From IMG/VR virus record IMGVR_UViG_2974540528_000001, positions 1 to 33,168 of that record: DNA of 33,168 bases; one strand, written 5' to 3'. The first letter of the stretch is position 1. Each line of letters opens with the position of its first letter. Of this stretch, positions 7,771 through 15,346 are shown piece after piece. The notes beneath the pieces are model-generated. The model had not been told where the DNA came from, ran no database searches, and saw nothing but the letters and a program-made list of their open reading frames with translations. The stretch comes from a virus. Taxonomy: Duplodnaviria; Heunggongvirae; Uroviricota; Caudoviricetes. The position numbers and the translations under genes were made by a program.

Positions 7771-7805
7771 AAAGAAAAGGCTCCCTTTTGGGAGCCTTTT
7801 TTATT
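7771..7805. terminator. bidirectional rho-independent terminator
   Basis: AAAAGGCTCCC-TTTT-GGGAGCCTTTT (7775-7800) flanked by A- and T-runs, between convergent genes. Confidence 0.92.
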
Positions 7806-9564
7806 ACGGTCTTTGATAGACAGCTACATCATATACAGTCCCTCTTCCACAATAGGTTACTTGTAGAATTGTAACTGAATTTGCAGTAGTGCTGATCGCA
7901 CCACCATTTATGATTTTATAAGATGCATCAAGGGTGACGGCGTGTCCGCCAGTTGCATCCTGGAACAGATAGATCGTGGCAGTAAAAGCACTACCAAGAT
8001 TTGCCCAAGGCCCGATAGTTAAAGTATTTGTCACATCTACGTTGTAGATGTTATTCATCTTCGTCAGATCAGAACCTGTCCCTCCTGGTGTCCAAGTTGT
8101 CCCTGCGGAAGGTGTGGTAACAGAACCGGGGGTTGTTCCTACGAAATTCGCAGTGACCTTCGGAGCCGTCGCTTCACCTGTAATAACGAGGGAGGCACCT
8201 TTTAGAGATCCGTATGCCTCTATTGTGGTGGTTGCCAGAACGGAGTTAGGGTTAATGTCCTTCCCGTTGACATCAATGGAGACACCTGTCAGAGTCCCAA
8301 GTACGTTAAGGTTGTTTACGGTTGTTGTGCCTGTCCCACCATTATTCAGGTTAGCGTTTCCAGTAACTGTAAGGTTGGTGCTTACCGTAGCTTCCCCAGT
8401 GACTGCAAGCAGGCCTGTGATGGATAGATTTCCTGCAACAGAGCTGGCACTACCGGCTGTAAATCCTCCAGTTAATGTGCTGTTTCCATCGACTGTTAAT
8501 GAGCTTACTACACCCAGATCCTGAATAGTGGTACTTCCGAGAGTTGTTATACCATTCACAGTCAGATCAGAACCTATCTCGGCTGTTGTCGTTGTGACAA
8601 TGGAGTTGGGGAGAATGTCTAAACCATCAACCCCCACATTGACACCGGACAATGAACCAGTTACTCTTACGTTTTCAAGTTCTGTCGTTCCGGTTACCTT
8701 AAGTCTTGGTTCCGTAGAGGCCTTGGAAGAGTTCCCTCGGATATACACATAGTCGAAGGTGTTATTACCGACACCAGTTAATGACATTGTGGTGTTATCT
8801 GCACTAGCTGTCCCATTCACAATAACTGCGGAAGTCAGATTATTGGTTTGAACAGAGTTAGGAGATATGATAGTCTTCAGATAGTTAGAGGCAGCGGTGT
8901 AGTCAAAAGAAAGAGTGGCAGTTTGTCCAGATAACGAAATTTTCTGGAATTTACCAAGCACACCAGAGGCATCAAGCATCCCACCAAATTGGGATGTCCC
9001 AGAAACAACCAATGTGTTAAGGGTTGAAGCACCAACCACCGTAAGAGCAGCATAACTTGGAGAAGACCCAGCAAGAGAATTGATCGCTGCTGCGACAGCC
9101 AAGTTGACAAATGCAGTTGTCGCTATTGCACCACTATTACTTCCCTGAGCAGGGGTAGGCGCTGTCGGAGAACCGACAAATGCGGGTGTGTTAAGAGGTG
9201 CAAATTTTTCAGAAACCACAACGGAGTCATTGTAAACTTTCCAAGCGGTACTTGTGGACGGATCGGCAGGTAAAGTGATAGGTGTAGATGGTGACGCTCC
9301 TGGGGCATACCACCAGAAAGTCCCTGCTGAATTGGTGAAGGAATACAGTTGATTAAAAACTGTCGCCTGTGTACCAGCCACCCAAGGTTGTGGTGGTGTT
9401 TTAAAATACACATTGTCAAGAAGCGCTTTACGTAATGTTGGAATCGTGCTACCATCTTCTACAATAACAGTGTCGATCGCCGATCCGTTGACCACCTTAT
9501 GGAGACGCTCAGAATCCTCGATAACCTGATCCACAGCCTGTTCAAATTGTGTTGTATCAGCCAT
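7804..9564 (-). CDS. tail fibre protein (586 aa)
   Basis: Contains the tail-fibre motif FAPLNTPAFVGSPTAPTP...IATTAFV, Gly/Thr/Val-rich repeats (LTVNGITTL, LTVDGNSTLTG) and a beta-sandwich-like C-terminus; AAGGAG RBS. Confidence 0.85.
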   Translation of the reverse strand: MADTTQFEQAVDQVIEDSERLHKVVNGSAIDTVIVEDGSTIPTLRKALLDNVYFKTPPQPWVAGTQATVFNQLYSFTNSAGTFWWYAPGASPSTPITLPADPSTSTAWKVYNDSVVVSEKFAPLNTPAFVGSPTAPTPAQGSNSGAIATTAFVNLAVAAAINSLAGSSPSYAALTVVGASTLNTLVVSGTSQFGGMLDASGVLGKFQKISLSGQTATLSFDYTAASNYLKTIISPNSVQTNNLTSAVIVNGTASADNTTMSLTGVGNNTFDYVYIRGNSSKASTEPRLKVTGTTELENVRVTGSLSGVNVGVDGLDILPNSIVTTTTAEIGSDLTVNGITTLGSTTIQDLGVVSSLTVDGNSTLTGGFTAGSASSVAGNLSITGLLAVTGEATVSTNLTVTGNANLNNGGTGTTTVNNLNVLGTLTGVSIDVNGKDINPNSVLATTTIEAYGSLKGASLVITGEATAPKVTANFVGTTPGSVTTPSAGTTWTPGGTGSDLTKMNNIYNVDVTNTLTIGPWANLGSAFTATIYLFQDATGGHAVTLDASYKIINGGAISTTANSVTILQVTYCGRGTVYDVAVYQRP

Positions 9565-9575
9565 TTAAGGTCTCC

Positions 9576-9851
9576 TTATTTAATTTCTTGTTTATCTTCA
9601 TCTTCCGCTGCCTTTATAGCTAAACCCCAGCGAAGTGAGATTAGCTTGCTTATAAGTTGTGGAGCTGCTACAGTAGGTGCATATACCCACATGTACCATT
9701 CTGTAAGGGTCCCTTTAAATCCCCAGTACAGGAAAACAGCCGTCATGGATGCCAGTCCTATATTGCTCCAAAACTTGGTATGTGAGGCCTTATCAGGGTC
9801 TATAGGGGACCTGACTAAGTCCTTTAGGAACTTCATTATTCGAGTTGGCAT
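9576..9851 (-). CDS. holin-like small membrane protein (86-91 aa)
   Basis: Two TM segments with charged termini (...AAEDEDKQEIK). Start is ATG 9851 (after GAGGT) or ATG 9836. Holin function is inferred. Confidence 0.55.
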   Translation of the reverse strand: MPTRIMKFLKDLVRSPIDPDKASHTKFWSNIGLASMTAVFLYWGFKGTLTEWYMWVYAPTVAAPQLISKLISLRWGLAIKAAEDEDKQEIK

Positions 9852-9864
9852 TTTACCTCGGGGG

Positions 9865-10338
9865 TCAATAAGTGAAGAATGATAATGCCCTGGCAAGCAC
9901 CAACAGGCTTATGACAGTTGCAGTTTTTATCCATTCCTTTATCGTCGTGTCTTTAAAATTTGCACAAAGTATGATAATTTCCATCCAAGTTTGGTAGGAA
10001 GAATTTATTACAAAGTCAAAGAGTCCGGGGATTATTAACGGAAACTGCATGGATATTATCTGGCAGAAGAGAATTGGTACTGCTACAGAGAGTGTTAGCT
10101 TTTTCTTCCATCCCGATAATATACACGCAGCACCAAAGATAAAAGAGATATCCAGGAACCAACAAAGATTGAGGTAAAGAGATAGATCGAAAAACTGGGT
10201 GTTTGAAGAAAACCACCATAGAAGGGTATTCTCAAGAAAGATATGGACCATGCCAAGAACAGACATGATCCTTATACCTTTATCGGAATGAAACAACAAA
10301 ATAATAAAGCACAGGAAATAGAATACTGAGCTTATCAT
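9865..10338 (-). CDS. polytopic membrane protein (157 aa)
   Basis: About 5 hydrophobic helices; ATGA-coupled to the upstream gene. Confidence 0.75.
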   Translation of the reverse strand: MISSVFYFLCFIILLFHSDKGIRIMSVLGMVHIFLENTLLWWFSSNTQFFDLSLYLNLCWFLDISFIFGAACILSGWKKKLTLSVAVPILFCQIISMQFPLIIPGLFDFVINSSYQTWMEIIILCANFKDTTIKEWIKTATVISLLVLARALSFFTY

Positions 10339-10649
10339 TTTGCGGATCTCTCCATTAACATCTGGAACTGTTTGGTGAGATCTGTTCTTAAATCACCAAC
10401 ATCTCCCTTGATATCTCTTCTAAGATCTGAAACATCATCCCTAATCGCTTTTAACTTTTTATCCAAGATATCATCCAGCTTTTCTTTAGTGACCATTTCG
10501 GCCCTTATACGGATGATATCTTTGTCAAGCTCATCAAGGCGCTCTTGAGTCTTTTTGTAATCCGAGTACGTTATTCTTAGGACTCCGATCAGGACAAAGG
10601 TAATAACCCCCCAGACCGCCTTCAGGATAGCAAACAGGTCAATAGACAT
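10335..10649 (-). CDS. membrane-anchored coiled-coil protein (104 aa), possible lysis (holin/XhlA-like) protein
   Basis: Single N-terminal TM helix then heptad-like charged helices; AAGGGG RBS. Confidence 0.6.
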   Translation of the reverse strand: MSIDLFAILKAVWGVITFVLIGVLRITYSDYKKTQERLDELDKDIIRIRAEMVTKEKLDDILDKKLKAIRDDVSDLRRDIKGDVGDLRTDLTKQFQMLMERSAK

Positions 10650-10658
10650 AGTGCCCCC

Positions 10659-11138
10659 TTAGGCTGTCTGCGGAAGCTCTGGTTGAGGGTCTCCCTTGGT
10701 CCATCCTCTGAGATCGATGATATATTTCTTCATTGTCTCAACCTTATCTTCTTCACCCAGTGCAGCATAAGTTGATAGCAGTATCGCGGCCCTTTGGAAA
10801 AGTCCTTGTTTCTTATTTTCAAATATTCTGTCTTCCATCCAATCAACTTTTTCGAACTCTTCACCGTTAAAGATATGAGTTCTATTAGAGAAATCACTTG
10901 GAAGAGAATCTACAAAACGAAAGTAACAATCTTCGGGGAAGAATTTAGTTGGGTCAGTATCTACCATATAGACCTGGCCGTTAGAATCGTATTGAATATA
11001 TAGGCCTTTTTGTATTTCTTTCAGTTGAGATACGAAATCGTACCAATCTTGGCCTTTCTCATCTTTTAGATATAAGGCACCAGGAACTGCAACCTTTTCT
11101 GGAGAATATCTAACCCATTTCATATCAGTTATTTTCAT
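10659..11138 (-). CDS. tail fibre assembly chaperone (159 aa)
   Basis: TAATG-coupled start at 11138; W..Y.P....ALYLKDEKGQDWY and terminal W.....PELP pattern of Tfa-type proteins; directly follows a fibre gene. Confidence 0.75.
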   Translation of the reverse strand: MKITDMKWVRYSPEKVAVPGALYLKDEKGQDWYDFVSQLKEIQKGLYIQYDSNGQVYMVDTDPTKFFPEDCYFRFVDSLPSDFSNRTHIFNGEEFEKVDWMEDRIFENKKQGLFQRAAILLSTYAALGEEDKVETMKKYIIDLRGWTKGDPQPELPQTA

Positions 11139-12184
11139 TAAAGCCCCACTGTATACCAAATGCCATCAAGAGCTTTCTGTAAAAATCGGAATCTTATCTC
11201 ATCAATATCGTGCAGATAAAGGTCTCCACTGGCGTTTGCATCAATCAGACCAGTCAATACAGAACCGTCAGGTCCACGCGCCAAACGTCCGCTTGAACCA
11301 TAATTTTCAAAGTCAACTTGAACTTTGTTTTGCTCACCGCTCCAGCGAATGTCAGAAACACCAATACTGATGGAAACGTCACCATTGGCGTTTGCAGCGG
11401 TACTATTTACTGCACGAACAACGGATCTTCCACCAATTGTTGCGTTGTTGGAGTTTACTACGAGGTTTTGTAACGTAGCTGTACCACCAACACCAAGGCT
11501 GGTTGTCTGGATATTACCACCATTATTAATGGTTGTGGAAGAAACTGTACCTGTCGTGGTAGTTCCTGTTGCCGTAATATTCCCTTGCACCTTTAGCAGC
11601 GCCACGCCATTAGACGTTGCATTCAGTTCCATCATGTTGAATGGTGAAACTGTACCAGAGTTGTTTACAGGAACAAAGCGGAACCTCATGACATCTACAG
11701 TTGGTTGCCCCGCTGTTCCTACATTATCACCAATAACGAAGTCTAAATAGACTTGATCCGTACCCGTTGTGGTGGTGATATGAGCAGTATCGCTAGAATC
11801 AGAGGGGAATGTTATTCTGGGTACTGTTAGCGCGCCAGTCATTGTATCACCAGAAGCATTTACATACCGGGTATCACTTTCCCCCTTGCTGTAAACATCC
11901 AGAGTGCTTCTTGCCGTTGGGATATCAGATACATCGCTAAGGTTTTGATCTTTTCTCAGATAATCATTAGAGAGTCCTGGGATCTGCTCTTCTGAGATGT
12001 ACGTCATCCACCAGGTCATCATGTTAAGAACATAGTTAAGTTCTTCACAAGCGGGCTTCTCACCCAAATCCCAACCCTTATCCCAAAGATCAGCGATAGG
12101 GGAGATTTTATTTGCAGTGTGAGCATTAGGTAACACGACGTCACTTTCAGCCCATATCTGAAGAGGAATAGTAGGAATTGCCAT
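11138..12184 (-). CDS. baseplate-attached tail fibre protein (348 aa)
   Basis: N-terminal WA...KGWDLGEKPACEELNYVLN baseplate-anchor motif; YVNASGDTMTGAL fibre motif; located after the baseplate genes. Confidence 0.85.
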   Translation of the reverse strand: MAIPTIPLQIWAESDVVLPNAHTANKISPIADLWDKGWDLGEKPACEELNYVLNMMTWWMTYISEEQIPGLSNDYLRKDQNLSDVSDIPTARSTLDVYSKGESDTRYVNASGDTMTGALTVPRITFPSDSSDTAHITTTTGTDQVYLDFVIGDNVGTAGQPTVDVMRFRFVPVNNSGTVSPFNMMELNATSNGVALLKVQGNITATGTTTTGTVSSTTINNGGNIQTTSLGVGGTATLQNLVVNSNNATIGGRSVVRAVNSTAANANGDVSISIGVSDIRWSGEQNKVQVDFENYGSSGRLARGPDGSVLTGLIDANASGDLYLHDIDEIRFRFLQKALDGIWYTVGL

Positions 12185-12193
12185 GATTCTCCC

Positions 12194-12823
12194 TTATAAT
12201 AGTGTGTTCTCTTCTTCGGAGGTATAGATAAGACTGGATAGGCCACCAGGCCCTGTTCGCGATGTGCTTACAGACCCAAAACCAATTGCATAGGAATCGT
12301 TTTTAAACCCAAAAGGTAGTCCTTCTGATTTTACCAGTCGAAGGTACGTAGGCATAGGGAGCATATCTTTTATTTCTTGTATAGCGGTTTCTATCTCGAA
12401 ACAGCTATTAAATATATTGATATCAAAACGATAATTATCACCTTTGTAAGTGGTAAAATTCTCTGCCCCGAAGAGTTGCTTCAGCGTACCAATTACCTCA
12501 GGTCTGGTCCCGTGTTTAGCTGTGCTTGAGAGAAGGATTGTGATAATGGCACGATAATTCATATCACTCAAGCCATTTCTGTCAATCCCTACTTGAGCAC
12601 CAATCTCATCCAAGTTTACCCCCCCAGCATTCTGGAGGAGACGCCCTTCTGCAAGATTGACCATCATCTCATCTACAGCCTTCATTCGTTCCAAATACAC
12701 GGATAAAAATTTTACAAGGTTTTCTTTTTCTCGTAAAAAATCCCCAGGCAGGTAGTCGATACCGTCTGAAACGAAATTATCCAAGGGATGGATGTGGTTG
12801 ACATCTTTTACTGTATCTGCCAT
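12194..12823 (-). CDS. baseplate wedge protein (DUF2612-like)
   Basis: AGGVNLDEIGAQVGIDRNGLSD..YRA motif; follows baseplate J. Confidence 0.8.
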   Translation of the reverse strand: MADTVKDVNHIHPLDNFVSDGIDYLPGDFLREKENLVKFLSVYLERMKAVDEMMVNLAEGRLLQNAGGVNLDEIGAQVGIDRNGLSDMNYRAIITILLSSTAKHGTRPEVIGTLKQLFGAENFTTYKGDNYRFDINIFNSCFEIETAIQEIKDMLPMPTYLRLVKSEGLPFGFKNDSYAIGFGSVSTSRTGPGGLSSLIYTSEEENTLL

Positions 12824-12831
12824 AATCCCTC

Positions 12832-14325
12832 TTAGATTATCTGTAGGAATGTTATATTATCAGTATCGATAGAGAATACTTCATCCATCCCTGCAACAAC
12901 ATCAGAGGTTGTATAAGAAGTATCAGGATCCCCGACGTTCTTGACATCCACATAAAGTTGTGTAAATCTACCCGCAGAGATAGAAGAACCTACAGCAGAT
13001 ACAAGCTGGATGTTGTATAAGGTGTCAGCAATGTTAAGCGGGTCAATAACCCCTTTGAGAGCGGACTTTATAGTATCCTGTTCAGTGGTTGAGAGGACCT
13101 TTCCCTTATAACGGACACGGATAGCCAAATCCCTTGCCTGTGCCTTGCTGTGATAAATTCGTTCTGTCTGATTATCCTCAGTGGGGACATCATAAAAAAC
13201 ATTACCATAGGTAGCGTTAGACAAAGCAATTGAATTATAAAGTGCCTTACTGATGTCCTCAGTAGACCCACCATACACCACTGTCTCAAACTTGTGCGGG
13301 GGTATCCCGTTCTGGTCTGTAACCCCTGTGTTATTTGAGAAGATTTTAACCTTACTTACACCACTCACGCCAAGGACAGCACTCACCACCGCAGGTCTGG
13401 TCGCAGCAGCACTCGATGCTGTTGTGTTAGAAGCCCTGACCTTGTATTCGGTGTCGGTCTCAACATCTGTGCCCTCCGTGAAGGCATTCATGTTGTTAAG
13501 GCTGACGAACCCACTAGGGGTTGGGGAGATCGAAGTTACTGTATTTTTCTCTCGCGACAGTTCACCTGCCTCGACAGCAACAACATCCATTGTGATTGTA
13601 CGCTCACCAACAATCGGCGATGTTCTGAAATCAACACGGCTATTAAGGCCGATCATTTCAAGATTAGTATCATACCCAATGTACAATGCCCCGTTTTGAG
13701 AGTCAATGATGATTCTATCATTATTAAGCTCGGAGGTATTGTTGACAATAAAGCTCTTGACAGATGCCATGAAAGTGTTAAGCTGAGAGCTATTAGGGGT
13801 TTTATTGGTCAGTTGAATGGTTGTTTGACTTGTTGTTCCGGTGTTTTGATTATTGATCTGGAAACTATAAGTGCCTACAACCCAGTCCTTATTGAGAATT
13901 TTTTGTGCCAGTATGTTACCAGCAAGGGCGGTGTCGTCATTTAATACAAATGTACCACTATCAAGTGTATATGTGTTTTGGGCATATACCATGTTGTAAG
14001 GGACAGTGTTGTTAACTGCCATCTCAACAGAACCTGAACTTTTTGTCTTTCCTCGACGATAAACACCCCTTCGGGAAAGAAGTTCGTCAAGATAAATACC
14101 CTCAGCCCCCGCAAGGGTCTGAGCAGAATAGACGGAAGCTGCCAGAAGGATAATCTGGTATTCCCTTTCGTTAAAAATTGTTGTCAACTTGTCAGCAATT
14201 GTGTTAGCTTGTGTGTTGAAATTTTCACCAAAAGTTCTGATAAGGGTCTGTTTTGTGTCTGCGATAAGGTCATCAAGAGAGGGGATAGTGAAACCGTAAT
14301 CGCTCAATCCATATTGAGTTGCCAA
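12832..14325 (-). CDS. baseplate J-like wedge protein (497 aa, TTG start)
   Basis: AEGIYLDEL, G.DVETDTEYKVR, LGVSGVSKVKIFSN.TG..D.NGIPPH.FE.VVYGG are baseplate J motifs; AAAGGAGG RBS before TTG. Confidence 0.9.
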   Translation of the reverse strand: MATQYGLSDYGFTIPSLDDLIADTKQTLIRTFGENFNTQANTIADKLTTIFNEREYQIILLAASVYSAQTLAGAEGIYLDELLSRRGVYRRGKTKSSGSVEMAVNNTVPYNMVYAQNTYTLDSGTFVLNDDTALAGNILAQKILNKDWVVGTYSFQINNQNTGTTSQTTIQLTNKTPNSSQLNTFMASVKSFIVNNTSELNNDRIIIDSQNGALYIGYDTNLEMIGLNSRVDFRTSPIVGERTITMDVVAVEAGELSREKNTVTSISPTPSGFVSLNNMNAFTEGTDVETDTEYKVRASNTTASSAAATRPAVVSAVLGVSGVSKVKIFSNNTGVTDQNGIPPHKFETVVYGGSTEDISKALYNSIALSNATYGNVFYDVPTEDNQTERIYHSKAQARDLAIRVRYKGKVLSTTEQDTIKSALKGVIDPLNIADTLYNIQLVSAVGSSISAGRFTQLYVDVKNVGDPDTSYTTSDVVAGMDEVFSIDTDNITFLQII

Positions 14326-14360
14326 TTCGTCCTCCTTTCAGGACCATGATTCTTTTGTAT

Positions 14361-14389
14361 ATTTTACCATACGTGACAGTGTTTTGCAA
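14361..14389 (-). promoter_or_regulatory. sigma70-type promoter with extended -10
   Basis: On the - strand: TTGCAA, 17 bp, TAAAAT preceded by TGG. Confidence 0.75.
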
Positions 14390-14413
14390 ATAAACGGAGG
14401 AAGGGCATAAATG

Positions 14414-14437
14414 AAAAAACCACCCCGGAGGGTGGTT
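14414..14437 (-). terminator. rho-independent terminator
   Basis: On the - strand: AACCACCC-TCCG-GGGTGGTT-TTTT, overlapping the stop codon of the 275-aa gene. Confidence 0.85.
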
Positions 14438-15263
14438 AGTTGCCGGACAAAGAATCTTCCAAGACTGAAAGGCGCTTGTCCAAGTCCTCCTGAATTACAA
14501 TGGTTGCTCTAAGTATCCAAAATAAAAGCTCTTCTTTTCTAAAAGCGAACTCTTCTCCTGCCGGGGTATTCCCATTCGCCTCCCAGCTATCGTAGCAGAA
14601 AGCTGAATACTTTGTCCAATCAAGACCATACTTGAGCATGACCTTAATAGCATCCTGCACAGTAGGTCCTGAGTGAAGCCTGGCAGCACCCTTCTCAGAA
14701 GAATACTTAGACAACCATTGCCATACAGAGTCTAGCTTCCCAATTTCATAAAAAGCTTTTGCTTCTGTAGGTGTAATTTGTCGAAGATTTGTTTTCTTCT
14801 TTTTATTTGAGGTGGAGATCACACTGTTAACTGCATACACTTGACTCCAACGCAGGGATGTTGTACCGTTGGACAGTACATTATCTGTCTTGGGAGAAAA
14901 GGATGCTGAAGGAGTTGATATCTGAACTCCATAAGTTCTTTGCACAGGACTTATAGAAATGGTATCAACATGTGATCCAATCTCATTCCCGGTGGTGGAG
15001 AAATAGTATAAATTCTGCCAACTATTAGAAAGACTGTCCAAAACTTGCTGGACAGTGGCCCCTGAGTGGGTTCCGATAAGAGATGCACCGGTGATCCCAG
15101 TCACCTCACCCCTTTTCAGGATGCCGATGTCTGTAATAAATTTTCGTATAGTTGTTTTCTCTGTGTCCAAAGATGATTGGATTATTATCTCATCCGTGTC
15201 GGAAACTAATTCTTTATCATTAAGGTTTTTTATCTTAATGATTGGTATATCAGTAGTGGCCAT
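14436..15263 (-). CDS. short tail-spike-like protein with C-terminal peptidase S74 intramolecular chaperone domain (275 aa)
   Basis: N-terminal module shared with the other spikes, then FSPKTDNVLSNG..SLRWSQVYA..SVISTSNKKKK, W.W..K...KG.ARLH.G, GLD...Y...CYDSW...AGEEFAFR.EELL and a terminal coiled coil, as in endosialidase-type ICDs. Confidence 0.8.
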   Translation of the reverse strand: MATTDIPIIKIKNLNDKELVSDTDEIIIQSSLDTEKTTIRKFITDIGILKRGEVTGITGASLIGTHSGATVQQVLDSLSNSWQNLYYFSTTGNEIGSHVDTISISPVQRTYGVQISTPSASFSPKTDNVLSNGTTSLRWSQVYAVNSVISTSNKKKKTNLRQITPTEAKAFYEIGKLDSVWQWLSKYSSEKGAARLHSGPTVQDAIKVMLKYGLDWTKYSAFCYDSWEANGNTPAGEEFAFRKEELLFWILRATIVIQEDLDKRLSVLEDSLSGN

Positions 15264-15310
15264 TTTTCAATCTCCAAATCACTCCCAAGAAATGTTAGTA
15301 GGCGGGGCGT

Positions 15311-15332
15311 AAAAGGGGCATCTCTGCCCCTT
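15311..15332 (-). terminator. probable rho-independent terminator (GAGA tetraloop)
   Basis: On the - strand: AAGGGGCA-GAGA-TGCCCCTT-TT just after the large spike gene; preceded by a T10 run. Confidence 0.7.
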
Positions 15333-15346
15333 GAAAAAAAAAACAT

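Noticed and set aside
8048-8752. Long + strand ORFs (158 aa, 74 aa) opposite the 586-aa tail fibre, and similar antisense ORFs at 11325, 13253, 23474, 25565 and 29880
   Set aside because: They are shadow frames of strongly supported - strand genes, with no RBS or recognisable motifs; low stop frequency is expected from the codon bias.
9865-10649. i-spanin/o-spanin pair
   Set aside because: The 104-aa protein has i-spanin-like topology, but no embedded or adjacent lipobox ORF was found; the next gene is polytopic.
15334-15343. A10 homopolymer as a phase-variation switch
   Set aside because: It is intergenic, outside any CDS or identified promoter spacer, so slippage has no obvious effect. 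It may also be a sequencing artefact.
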